A program made the position numbers and the translations under genes. From positions 155,009 to 219,008 of the forward strand of contig JAAXWR010000002.1 of the NCBI GenBank assembly GCA_013334825.1: 64,000 bases of DNA. Direction: 5' to 3'. The DNA is from Candidatus Yonathbacteria bacterium (GTDB lineage: Bacteria; Patescibacteriota; Minisyncoccia; Phycocordibacterales; JACNGX01). Below the pieces are notes generated by a model that made no database searches, was not told the DNA's origin, and saw nothing but the letters and a program-made list of their open reading frames with translations. Each line of letters begins with the position of its first letter. Position 1 is the first letter of the stretch. Positions 37,743 through 46,814 of the stretch are shown piece by piece.

Positions 37743-37840
37743 GTTTTTATTTTAGCTTAAAATTACCCTTTTGGTAATCATGTCGTCGGGTCGCACCACA
37801 GTCATATGACCATGGGTCTGCCGATACTAAGTTCTTAATG

Positions 37841-37927
37841 CGGAGAGGGAGGGATTTGAACCCTCGAACGAGTTACCTCGTTGCCGCATTTCGAGTGCGG
37901 TGCCTTCGACCACTCAGCCACCTCTCC
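37841..37927 (-). tRNA. tRNA-Ser (anticodon CGA).
   Basis: Manual fold: acceptor GGAGAGG/CCTCTCC, anticodon stem-loop CCGCA-CUCGAAA-UGCGG, long variable arm, T-loop TTCAAAT. Confidence 0.85.
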
Positions 37928-38186
37928 AATATCTTAACTACACTCTTTCGCTATGATACATGAAAGGGTGCCTTTCCGCGACATCCCCGTTCTTTGCTGC
38001 GCAAAGAGCGGGGTGCGCGGACCCGCCCAGCTCTTTCAAAAGGGCTGGACGGGCGACCACAGAGCCACCTCTCCATTTCTTCTGCGTCTTTCTGTATTCG
38101 TTCCGCGAAGTTCTGCGTAATTCGTATATCCTAGCACCTTTTGCCATTTTTTCAAAACATGATACAATGCATCGGTCAAATAAATA

Positions 38187-38349
38187 CATGGCCCTATCGT
38201 TCCCGGTGGAGAAACCAAGTAAAACTTTGTTTCTCCACCGAGGACCCGCGATATTGCAACCAAATCAAAGATTTGGGCAATATCGGGGCTAACGGTTTCA
38301 ATTGACACTGAACACCAAAAGATTGAAAAATAATTAAAAACTAGTTCAT
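38187..38349 (+). repeat. Duplication of 15 bp spanning the tRNA-Glu 5' end, flanking a roughly 140-bp hairpin-containing insert.
   Basis: CATGGCCCTATCGT at 38187-38201 and again at 38347-38361. The intervening sequence contains GGTGGAGAAAC..GTTTCTCCACC and GCGATATTGC..GCAATATCG hairpins. Confidence 0.65.
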
Positions 38350-38421
38350 GGCCCTATCGTCTAACGGTTAGGACATCGCCCTTTCACGGCGGTAATCGGG
38401 GTTCGATTCCCCGTAGGGTCA
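38350..38421 (+). tRNA. tRNA-Glu (anticodon TTC).
   Basis: Manual fold: acceptor GGCCCTA/TAGGGTC with one G-U pair, D-arm GTCTAACGGTTAGGAC, anticodon loop CUUUCAC, T-arm CGGGG-TTCGATT-CCCCG. Confidence 0.85.
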
Positions 38422-38819
38422 CAAAACGCCAGCGCCGAAGTATATCTTCGGCGCTGTTGCGTTTTGTAGACCCTACGGGGAATCGAACGGCGCAAGGCGG
38501 TATACAAGATGCGCAAGATTGCGCATGCTTGTCGCTGCGCCGCGTCCAGCGGTACTTATCAGAATGCGAGCATTGGCGAAGCATTATGATTAGTAACCGC
38601 GGGACGATTCCCCGTAGTGCCTTTCGTGAGAATCGAACCGAGCACCACTTTTGCAATGGCAAAAGTGGTGCTCGATGTCCAACAGTATCCAGCCCCACTT
38701 TCATAATAAACACATGTGCTGTGATAGATTTTTTATCCGAGTTATGAGTATTGTTTATGAATGAAGCCTCTCATGAAAGTGGAGCTGGATAACCGTGGGG
38801 ACGATTCCCCGTAGAGTCA
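38422..38819 (+). repeat. Composite element downstream of tRNA-Glu. It contains a long hairpin, a contiguous inverted copy of the tRNA 3' end, a GGCGCAAGGCGGTATACAAG box, H2, a direct 3' copy, H1, a roughly 100-bp CCAGCC hairpin and a second direct 3' copy.
   Basis: 38467-38490 TAGACCCTACGGGGAATCGAACGG is the reverse complement of the tRNA's 3' end. 38599-38621 reads GCGGGACGATTCCCCGTAGTGCC. 38797-38819 reads GGGGACGATTCCCCGTAGAGTCA. The modules align with those of the Gly, Arg and Val loci. Confidence 0.8.
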
Positions 38820-38888
38820 GTGAAAAAAACTACACCCCATCGCTTAATTTTGCTATACTATCCGCATACTCATAATTACGAAACATAT

Positions 38889-39308
38889 ATGGCAAAAGGA
38901 ATGATGTGTCAGAGTTGCGGTATGCCACTCTCCAAGGACCCACAGGGTGGGGGAACAAACGCGGACGGTTCGAAATCCGCAATGTATTGCAGTTATTGTT
39001 ATCAGAACGGGGCATTTACTGCGCCAGATATAACTGCCGTGCAAATGCAAGAGTTCGTGGTAGCAAAATTGAAGGAAATGCATTATCCAGGATTTATTGC
39101 GAAGTTTTTTGCAAAAAATATTCCCAGTCTTGAACGTTGGAAGAATGTTTCTGTTTCAGCCTCCCCGGTCGCTCCTGCCATTGAAACGGTAGTTCCTCCT
39201 GTATACACACCTGCTTCTGACTCGATTGTTTCAAATATCCCTGAGGCGCCTATTGTTTCTCCTCGTGATGAATCTGCGAGTGGAACAGGGGACCAAGAAA
39301 GCGCATAA
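38889..39308 (+). CDS. Putative zinc-ribbon domain protein (Zn_ribbon_2-like).
   Basis: MAKGMMCQSCGMPL..DGSKSAMYCSYCYQNGAF. ATG 38889 was preferred over the in-frame GTG 38820, which lies inside the tRNA-Glu 3'-copy repeat. Confidence 0.55.
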   Translation: MAKGMMCQSCGMPLSKDPQGGGTNADGSKSAMYCSYCYQNGAFTAPDITAVQMQEFVVAKLKEMHYPGFIAKFFAKNIPSLERWKNVSVSASPVAPAIETVVPPVYTPASDSIVSNIPEAPIVSPRDESASGTGDQESA

Positions 39309-39326
39309 CACAACACGACTTTTTAT

Positions 39327-39548
39327 ATGAAACATCAGAACGAAACAACGATTGCATATTTTGGACGGAACCTCTATTACATGTTTGGTATCGTCCTCGT
39401 ATGGCGCGGTGTATGGTATGTGCTTGATTGGGTTGATATATCATTTTTTAGCGGTAATCATTATTGGACGGGAGCAGTAGGTGTTCTTCTCGGTCTCGTG
39501 CTTTTGTATATGCCCGATGGAGACTTGAAGGAGATAGAGAAGCTGTAA
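39327..39548 (+). CDS. Hypothetical small membrane protein of 73 aa.
   Basis: ORF with two hydrophobic segments. Confidence 0.35.
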   Translation: MKHQNETTIAYFGRNLYYMFGIVLVWRGVWYVLDWVDISFFSGNHYWTGAVGVLLGLVLLYMPDGDLKEIEKL

Positions 39549-39582
39549 GGTGAGTTTCAAGTTTCAAGAATGGTTGTGAATA

Positions 39583-39666
39583 ACGAATATGTACGCCTGC
39601 CCGCATCCTTGTGGCGTGCCATGCACCCTGCGTGGTGCATGGTGCTGGGGAATGTACGAATACGAC
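39583..39666. repeat. Palindromic CACGTGG-rich element, copy B.
   Basis: GCCTGCCCGCATCCTTGTGGCGTGCCATGCACCCTGCGTGGTGCATGGTGCTGGGG flanked by ATATGTACGCC / AATGTACGAATACG. Confidence 0.7.
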
Positions 39667-39826
39667 TTCTTTATTTTTTACCGTTTATAGTTTTCGTCTT
39701 CATATTTCTAATTTCGTATTTCATCTTTCGTATTCTTGATTCCCGTCAATTCCATAATTCATAATTTATATCTATATCAATAAGTCATAAGCTCATACCT
39801 ATAAGCTAATTCCTTATTCCTCACAT

Positions 39827-40324
39827 ATGGACACCGTACTAAATCAGGAACTTCATCGGATTACTTCCACAGCGATTATTCATCGTGACGGGAAGTATTT
39901 GATTTTGAAACGTTCTCCTCACAAGAAGACGTTTCCGAGTAAATGGACAGTGCCAGGTGGTGGACTTGAGACAGATGATTACACGCAGACCGAGAAGACA
40001 ACACATGATCATTGGTATTATGCTATTGAGCGCTCACTCCGGAGAGAGATTAAAGAAGAATGTGGACTGGAAACAGGTAAATTGGACTATCTTTTGGATA
40101 TGACCTTTATTCGTCCTGATGGTACTCCTGTCATTGTTCTCAGTTATTATGGTCCGTATGTGTCAGGCGATGTCGTGCTTGATGAAGATAGTGTTGAGTA
40201 TGCATGGGTGGCGTGTGAAGAAGCAAAAACATACGATCTAATTGAAGGAATTGCCGAGGAGATAGAAATGGTAGATAGAATATTGAAAGGGGAGAAGGAT
40301 GTGATATTTGCGAGAGAGAAATAA
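39827..40324 (+). CDS. NUDIX hydrolase.
   Basis: The Nudix box ends in RREIKEECGLE. Size and layout are typical. Confidence 0.8.
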   Translation: MDTVLNQELHRITSTAIIHRDGKYLILKRSPHKKTFPSKWTVPGGGLETDDYTQTEKTTHDHWYYAIERSLRREIKEECGLETGKLDYLLDMTFIRPDGTPVIVLSYYGPYVSGDVVLDEDSVEYAWVACEEAKTYDLIEGIAEEIEMVDRILKGEKDVIFAREK

Positions 40325-40339
40325 AAAAAGAAATGACGC

Positions 40340-40445
40340 GGATACGATGCGGAACCTACGCGGACGTGATGCTGAACGAACGCGGAAAGTCGCGGAACCT
40401 ACGCGGACACGATGCAGATCAGACGTGGAATGTCGCGGAACGGGA
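40340..40445 (+). repeat. Tandem repeat of about 44 bp, roughly 2.3 copies (GCGGAACCTACGCGGACRYGATGC..).
   Basis: Read directly. A related ACGCAGAAT x3 repeat lies at 41495-41540. Confidence 0.6.
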
Positions 40446-41562
40446 TAAAAAATAGCATGAGGAGATTAAAAATTAGGAGATTACATGTTAAACGATAACA
40501 TACACGACGGATTGCTCTACGAGCAATCCGTCGTGTTGGTATATATAAAAACCGCTCTTGTGAGCGGTTGTGAAAAAAGGTCGCACGGGATGGTACGTGC
40601 GGGAGTTTGCGACCGTCCCATGGTCTTGGTCATGAGTGATGTCTGAAATTGCAGTGGAGCGCATTCAGAAACATATCGGGCGCGCCGTGCGACCTTTGAA
40701 ATCAAAAAAGAACTCATTGGAAATATCTTCTCCGCTTGAGACATGTTCGGACCGTGTCCGGATAACCGATTTCGGTCGCCCCTACTCTCGTAACTGTGCG
40801 CAAGCGGAGAAAGAATCAGCATACGAAATAAGATATTCTTTGCTCAGGATATATTGATAGGGTATGTTTGTCAATGACACGATACAAAAGGAAACCCCGC
40901 CGTTTTGGGCGGGGGGTGCGGGCTAGGGTCAGAGAGACCTTACCGCAATAAAAGAACAATACACTTTCCTTACTTGATATGCCCGTTTTGGGCGTCTCCC
41001 GGCAAGATGGAAATGGGGCCGGTAAGATTTTTCATCGTAAGGTTGAGCGGGTGTATCCGCATCGTGTGCCGTGCCACAGGAAGTGGCGTTTACTGACCTT
41101 ATCCATACGATCCCGTCTGCCTGACGGTCGGATAGATCAGAAAATTGTTGTCCTTGTTCCCTACCTAAAATAAAACAAGGATTTGGAGCTGATAACTCCA
41201 TGTATCCAACGTGACGGGGGATACAAGGACAACTTGGCAATTGCCAACCTCTCTTTGTTACCTTGCCCAAGGGAGAGAGGGTGGAGATAGGCGTTCCAAT
41301 GCCGTGAGTTCCATCGCTAGCTCAAGCCCGAAGGCGAGCGGCGCTCACGGTTTTTTAATGTGGCCATGCGTAATGGCCGCGGACCCCCGTATCCCGCAAT
41401 GAGCCAATGTGGCGTATGGGCGGGAACCTGAGGATGCTAGTATTATATACCAAAACAATTTTTTTGTCAAGCGTTTTTGTATATACGCAGAATCTATGCG
41501 GACACTACGCAGAATGACGCAGAATTTACGCAGAAGAGTTTTCATTTCGTGGAGATTGGTTA

Positions 41563-41652
41563 CGAAGTACGAACTTATACGCTTGCCCTGCACACCACGT
41601 GGCATGCTGTGCATCCTACGTGGTGCACAGTGCTAGGGAACATACGAACACT
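41563..41652. repeat. Palindromic CACGTGG-rich element, copy C.
   Basis: GCCCTGCACACCACGTGGCATGCTGTGCATCCTACGTGGTGCACAGTGCTAGGG flanked by GTACGAAC / CATACGAACA. Confidence 0.75.
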
Positions 41653-41853
41653 ACTGAATACAAATAATCATGTTGGTGAGTTTGTGTTCGTATGTTCGTA
41701 CTCGTTCATACTTCGTAACCCCTCATTCCTGTCCGTCTCTATAAACCTATCACCTCTAACCTCTTTCCTATTTTCGTCCACTCTTATCACCTCTAACCTA
41801 TTTCCTGCCCCCTGCTTCTTGCTTCGTGATTCTCATGTTATGATATTCTCCAT

Positions 41854-43281
41854 ATGGAACAAACAAAACGAGTCATTACCCCCCAAGCGGAGAATTTTCC
41901 CGAGTGGTATCAGGACGTAGTACGTGAAGCCGGACTTGCTGAAGTCTCGGAAGTGCGCGGATGCGGTATCATAAAGCCGTACGGATATAAAATTTGGGAA
42001 CTTATCAAAGCGGAACTTTCGAAAAAAATTGAAGCCACGGGCGCGGAGAATGTGTATTTTCCACTCTTTGTACCGATTGCTAATCTGGAAGCAGAAGCCG
42101 ATCATGTTGAAGGGTTCTCTCCGGAACTTGCAGTGGTTACGCATGCAGGCGGTGAAGAATTGACAGAAAAACTTGCCGTGCGTCCGACGAGTGAAGCGGC
42201 GATGTATACGACGTATGCAAAATGGGTGCAAAGCTATCGTGATTTGCCGATGCGTCTCAATCAATGGAACAATGTCGTGCGGTGGGAAAAACGTCCGCGT
42301 GCGTTTTTGCGCTGGAGCGAATTTCAGTGGCAAGAAGGACACTCTGTATTTGCCGATGAAGCAACGGCGGTTGATGAAGTCTGGCAGATGCTCGGTGTAT
42401 ATAAAGACATGTACGCACATATGGCGATCCCCGTCGTGGATGGCAAAAAGTCTGATATGGAAAAATTTGCTGGTGCTGTTATGACAACGACGGTAGAAGC
42501 GATGGCACGTGATGGCAAAGCGATTCAGGGAGGCACGAGTCATTATCTCGGTACCAATTTTGCCAAGGTATTTGATGTGAAGTATCTCGGTGCTGATGGT
42601 GAACATCATTTGGCACATCAAACAAGTTGGGGTATGAGCTGGCGCAGTGTGGGAGCGCTTATCATGGCACACGGTGATGATAATGGACTTCGATTGCCGC
42701 CCAATGTGGCACCGATTCAGGTTGTCATTGTACCGATTTATAAAGACGAGAACAAAGATACAGTGCTTGCGTATGCGCGTGAGGTTGCGAACAGTTTTTC
42801 TGGTATGCGCGTGCATGTGGATGTTCGTGAAGGGCAGACACCGGGATTCAAGTTTAATGAATGGGAAGTGAAGGGTGTGCCAGTGCGATTAGAGATTGGG
42901 GGTAAAGAAGCAGATGAAAAAGCGCTCACGGTTTATCGTCGCGATACAGGAGTGAAAGAAAAGATTTCCGCTGATGGAGCGAAAGAGTATATCGAGAAGC
43001 TCTTTGTCGATATCCATGAGACGCTTTACAATCAAGCGTACGACTTTCTCACGACACATATTCATCGTATTGAAAGCATTGATGATATTGATGACCGTAT
43101 TGGTTATTTTGAAGCAAGTTGGTCGGAAACACCAGAATCTGAGAAGATGCTTAAAGAGCGTTTTGCCATGGTCTCACGTGTGTTGCCTCGGGAGTTTGAG
43201 GGTGTGGAACCAAAAAATACAAAGTGCTTTATTACGGGAGAGCCTGCGAAGCATGATTGGTATTTTGCGAAAAGCTATTAG
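41854..43281 (+). CDS. proS: Prolyl-tRNA synthetase (archaeal/eukaryotic-like short form).
   Basis: Class II aaRS motifs with the ProRS-specific layout (FPEWYQDVV.., RPTSE, HAQ..FQWQEGH) and the C-terminal zinc-binding tail found in archaeal-type ProRS. Confidence 0.9.
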   Translation: MEQTKRVITPQAENFPEWYQDVVREAGLAEVSEVRGCGIIKPYGYKIWELIKAELSKKIEATGAENVYFPLFVPIANLEAEADHVEGFSPELAVVTHAGGEELTEKLAVRPTSEAAMYTTYAKWVQSYRDLPMRLNQWNNVVRWEKRPRAFLRWSEFQWQEGHSVFADEATAVDEVWQMLGVYKDMYAHMAIPVVDGKKSDMEKFAGAVMTTTVEAMARDGKAIQGGTSHYLGTNFAKVFDVKYLGADGEHHLAHQTSWGMSWRSVGALIMAHGDDNGLRLPPNVAPIQVVIVPIYKDENKDTVLAYAREVANSFSGMRVHVDVREGQTPGFKFNEWEVKGVPVRLEIGGKEADEKALTVYRRDTGVKEKISADGAKEYIEKLFVDIHETLYNQAYDFLTTHIHRIESIDDIDDRIGYFEASWSETPESEKMLKERFAMVSRVLPREFEGVEPKNTKCFITGEPAKHDWYFAKSY

Positions 43282-43407
43282 TACGTGAAGCATGAATCAA
43301 GAAGCAAGAATCAAGGATACGGAAAAGTGACGCTCCGCACCGCCTCTCTGTTTTTTGTGGAACATATTACATCACATTTTTTCTTAAAAAAAGAGGACCG
43401 TCCTTTC

Positions 43408-43500
43408 TGTTCGAGCCCCGTGTCACCACGCAAATACAAACAATCGCAAGGGCATGCCTTGCGATTGTGTATTTGTGGGCGACACAGGACTCGTCCCGCG
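43408..43500 (+). repeat. Direct repeat of about 93 bp, copy 1. It duplicates the downstream hairpin, the inverted T-arm copy and the last 18 nt of tRNA-Val. Copy 2 is at 43676-43768.
   Basis: The two copies are identical over roughly 90 nt (CGTTCGAGCCCCGTGTCACCACGCAAATACAAACAATCGCAAGGGCATGCCTTGCGATTGTGTATTTGTGGGCGACACAGGACTCG). They bracket a CCAGC hairpin module at 43503-43606. Confidence 0.9.
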
Positions 43501-43743
43501 GTTATCCAGCTCCACTTTCATAATAAACACATACGCCATGATAGATTTTTTATCCGAGACGTAGGTATTGTTTATAGATGAAGTCTCTCATGAAAGTGGG
43601 GCTGGATACCGTTGGACGCGGCGCGGCGACAAGCACTCGCGAGTAAACTCGCTCGTCTTGTATACCGCCTTGCGCCGTTCGAGCCCCGTGTCACCACGCA
43701 AATACAAACAATCGCAAGGGCATGCCTTGCGATTGTGTATTTG

Positions 43744-43817
43744 TGGGCGACACAGGACTCGAACCTGTGACCTTCACAATGTCAATGTGACGCTCTAACC
43801 AGCTGAGCTAGCCGCCC
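43744..43817 (-). tRNA. tRNA-Val (anticodon GAC).
   Basis: Manual fold: acceptor GGGCGGC/GTCGCCC, D-arm GCTCAGCTGGTTAGAGC, anticodon stem-loop TCACA-UUGACAU-TGTGA, T-arm ACAGG-TTCGAGT-CCTGT. Confidence 0.9.
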
Positions 43818-43966
43818 GTGAAAAAAAGTATAGCATATCTCTAAAAAGTTTCCACTTTTTCGTAATTTCTTATTGCATGATATACTTAATTGTGTACTAG
43901 ATTTTTTACGTTCTTATTTGCTTGTATACTAACTTTCTAACCTCTTCATTTCCTCACATACTATCT

Positions 43967-44905
43967 ATGTCCACTACATACGACACCATCATTATCGGCG
44001 CTGGCGCCGCCGGACTCTCCGCAGGTATTTATGCTGGACGCTATGGCATGAAGACATTGATTCTTTCGCATGAACTTGGGGGAGAAACAGCTCAAGCGGG
44101 TGTTATTGAAAATTGGCCAGGGGATAAAGAAATTGAGGGCTTCAAACTCATTTTTCGTTTTCGTGATCACGCACTCGCGTCAGGCGCAGAGATTATAAAT
44201 AGCCCCGCAGTCTCTGCGATACGTGAAGGAGAACTATTTCACGTGACAGACAAAGCGGGAGCAGTGCATATAGGAAAGACGGTTGTCTTGGCGCAAGGGT
44301 CACGCCGTCGTCGCTTGGGACTACCAAATGAAGAAACACTTACCGGACGCGGGGTTCATTATTGTGTAACATGTGACGGTCCTGTATATGGAGGAAAGAC
44401 GATTGCAATGGTTGGCGGGGGAGATGCTTCAGTAAAAGGTATTCTTCTTGCCGCGCAATACGCGTCGAAGATACTTTTTATTGTTCGTGGAAATGAACTT
44501 CGCGCGGAACCAGTCAATGTGGAGCATATGCGTGCATTGGGAGATAAAGTGGAAGTGTTGTTTGATACTGAAGTAAAAGAAATTATTGGCACGAACGCAC
44601 TGGAAAAACTCGTTATTTCAAAGCCGTATCATGATTCGACCGATCTTGTTGTCGATGGATTGTTTGTTGAAATTGGCGCAGAACCAGAAACAGACATTGC
44701 CAAAGAACTTGGTGTAATCCTTGATGAATATGGGTATGTAAAGACAGATTGTATGATGTATACAAATGTCCCTGGTGTATCGGCGGCAGGGGACTTGGTC
44801 AATCATTTTGGGCATTTCAAACAAGTGATTACTGCTTCTGCTACAGGTACTGCGGCGGCAACCGCGGTGTTTGGGTATCTGAAGAATGCGAGAAATGAGA
44901 AATGA
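43967..44905 (+). CDS. trxB: Thioredoxin reductase.
   Basis: FAD motif IIIGAGAAGLSAGIYAG, redox-active CVTCDG, NADPH motif MVGGGDASV. Confidence 0.9.
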   Translation: MSTTYDTIIIGAGAAGLSAGIYAGRYGMKTLILSHELGGETAQAGVIENWPGDKEIEGFKLIFRFRDHALASGAEIINSPAVSAIREGELFHVTDKAGAVHIGKTVVLAQGSRRRRLGLPNEETLTGRGVHYCVTCDGPVYGGKTIAMVGGGDASVKGILLAAQYASKILFIVRGNELRAEPVNVEHMRALGDKVEVLFDTEVKEIIGTNALEKLVISKPYHDSTDLVVDGLFVEIGAEPETDIAKELGVILDEYGYVKTDCMMYTNVPGVSAAGDLVNHFGHFKQVITASATGTAAATAVFGYLKNARNEK

Positions 44906-44993
44906 GGAAAATAGAAAAACGGTGAATTATAAAATAAAAAAGTGGTGCTCATGCCCCACTTTTATACAAACAAAAACCGCCCATGAAAGGCGG

Positions 44994-45524
44994 TTACTTT
45001 TTGATACGGAATCCTTTGGTATGTACTTTGCGCAAATGAGCGAACTGCACTATTTTCTTTATGAGGCGACGCATGGTTGTTGTCACATACAGAATGTCAT
45101 ATCCCAGATATGCCGTTTGTATCATCGTATCCCCGTTGACATGACAGAGTACACCGCCAATATCAAGTACAGGAATAATTACTCGTGCGGAAATTCTATG
45201 TGTGTCCAGAAGGTCTTGAAAAAGAGCTTGGTTCCGTTCCAATTCATCTCGTGCGATTTGTCGCTCTTTGAACGTCTCCAGCTCTCTTCCCAGGGGACCA
45301 TGTTCTGTTAATGTAAAACCCGCCTCTTTGAGTGCTGTGTTGATTTGTGTTCCACCCCCGATGCAGACCACAACCGAGTACTTATGTGTCAGCTTTTTCA
45401 TCCATCTGAGAAATGCGGGGAGGATAAATACATCACCCGAAACTTTCACAAATGCGTTTTTCTTCGCGATTTGAGTCGTCATGATATCTTGATTTACTTG
45501 TTTTTGAGTTACTTCTGCCGACAT
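44994..45524 (-). CDS. Hypothetical protein, possibly amino-acid-kinase-fold (uridylate-kinase-like).
   Basis: VKVSGDVF and VVVCIGGGTQIN resemble motifs of the AAK/UMP-kinase fold. The match is weak. Confidence 0.35.
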   Translation of the reverse strand: MSAEVTQKQVNQDIMTTQIAKKNAFVKVSGDVFILPAFLRWMKKLTHKYSVVVCIGGGTQINTALKEAGFTLTEHGPLGRELETFKERQIARDELERNQALFQDLLDTHRISARVIIPVLDIGGVLCHVNGDTMIQTAYLGYDILYVTTTMRRLIKKIVQFAHLRKVHTKGFRIKK

Positions 45525-45620
45525 GGTACAGGAAAAGAAGAGATGTGCAAGTATAATAAAAGCGGGGCCGACAGGCCCCGCTTTTATCGTTATCGTTTAC
45601 AGTTTGTCGCTCGTCGTCTT

Positions 45621-46814
45621 TTATTTCAACTTTGACCGACGGAGAAATGCGGGGACAGATGACCAATCATCATCTTCTTCGATTTCAGTAGATTCTTGTT
45701 TAGCATTACCAACACTACCAATAGGACGATGGATTTCGCTAATGACGTCGCTGCGCTTATTTTCACGATCTGATTCACGAGGTGCAGGTTCGCGTGTCTC
45801 GTGCTCTTCAGTATGTTCCGCAAAAAGTGTTTGTGCGGGGCGACGACTATTTTGTGTGTGCCCAGGAAAACCAGAAGCAATAACAGTGATTTTGAGTTCG
45901 CCTTTTTTGAGTGAATCGTCTTTGATTGTACCGAAGATAACTTTTGCCTCTGGGTCGGCGGATTCGGTAATAACACGGGCGGCTTCCTGAATTTCGTGCA
46001 TGGTAATATCATCACTTCCAGCAATAGCAAAGAGAACCCCGCGCGCACCATCAATGGAGAGTTCAAGAAGAGGGGAATTGATGGCTGCCTGTGCAGCTTT
46101 TTCTGCACGCTTGTCGCCAGTTGCGATGCCGATGCCCATAAGTGCTGAACCTGCGTCTTCCATGACAGCGCGGATATCCGCGAAGTCTACGTTGATAATA
46201 CCTGGAGTAGTGATGAGATCGGAAATACCTTCAACGGCTTGGCGAAGAATGTCGTCGCACATGGCGAATGCATCCTTTGCACTGGTGTTTTTGTCTACTG
46301 TTTCGAGAATACGATCGTTGGGAACCAGGATCATAGTATCCACAGCGAGGCTTAGATTTGCGAGTGCTTGTTCAGCAATACGTGTGCGTTGTGTTCCTTC
46401 AAATGAAAATGGTTTTGTGACGACTGCGACTGTAAGTGCGCCAGATTCTTTTGCTGCTCGAGCAACAACTTCGGACGCCGAACTGCCTGTTCCTCCACCT
46501 AAACCAGATGCAATAAAAACCATGTCAGAGTTTTGAACTGCATCCATGATTTCCTCTTTGCTTTCTTCTGCGGCACGCTTACCAACGTCTGGATTCATTC
46601 CTGAGCCAAGACCACGGGTAAGATTGCGACCAAGATGAATTTTCTTTTTGGGAAGTGCTTGGTGAAGATGTTGAGCGTCAGTGTTCATGACAATAAACTC
46701 AACGTCTTTTACTTCGCTTCGCATCATGTGGTTGACTGCATTTGTGCCCGCGCCGCCGACGCCGACGACTTTGATACGCGCAAATGTTTCGATATCAGGG
46801 GTGACTTTAGGCAT
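45621..46814 (-). CDS. ftsZ: Cell division GTPase FtsZ.
   Basis: Tubulin signature GGGTGSG (GLGGGTGSSASEV), N-terminal KVVGVGGAGTNAVNHM, and a C-terminal acidic tail. Confidence 0.95.
   Translation of the reverse strand: MPKVTPDIETFARIKVVGVGGAGTNAVNHMMRSEVKDVEFIVMNTDAQHLHQALPKKKIHLGRNLTRGLGSGMNPDVGKRAAEESKEEIMDAVQNSDMVFIASGLGGGTGSSASEVVARAAKESGALTVAVVTKPFSFEGTQRTRIAEQALANLSLAVDTMILVPNDRILETVDKNTSAKDAFAMCDDILRQAVEGISDLITTPGIINVDFADIRAVMEDAGSALMGIGIATGDKRAEKAAQAAINSPLLELSIDGARGVLFAIAGSDDITMHEIQEAARVITESADPEAKVIFGTIKDDSLKKGELKITVIASGFPGHTQNSRRPAQTLFAEHTEEHETREPAPRESDRENKRSDVISEIHRPIGSVGNAKQESTEIEEDDDWSSVPAFLRRSKLK

Noticed and set aside
37938-38292. ORFs 37938-38189 (minus) and 37960-38292 (plus)
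   Set aside because: They overlap the tRNA-Ser/tRNA-Glu partial-copy repeat region, and their translations look like noise.
38820-38888. GTG start at 38820 for the zinc-ribbon protein
   Set aside because: Its first 69 nt would lie within or abut the direct tRNA-Glu 3' copy at 38797-38819. The ATG at 38889 gives a protein that starts at the conserved MAKGMMCQSCG ribbon.
40850-41480. RNase P RNA, tmRNA or SRP RNA gene in the GC-rich ORF-poor segment
   Set aside because: Only short fragmentary matches to RNase P conserved regions were found (AGGAAAGT, GCGGTAAG-like, CTCCACCC), and on either strand they occur in the wrong 5'-to-3' order. There is no tmRNA-like 5' or 3' end and no tag reading frame, and no SRP domain IV motif. 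The identity of this segment remains unresolved.
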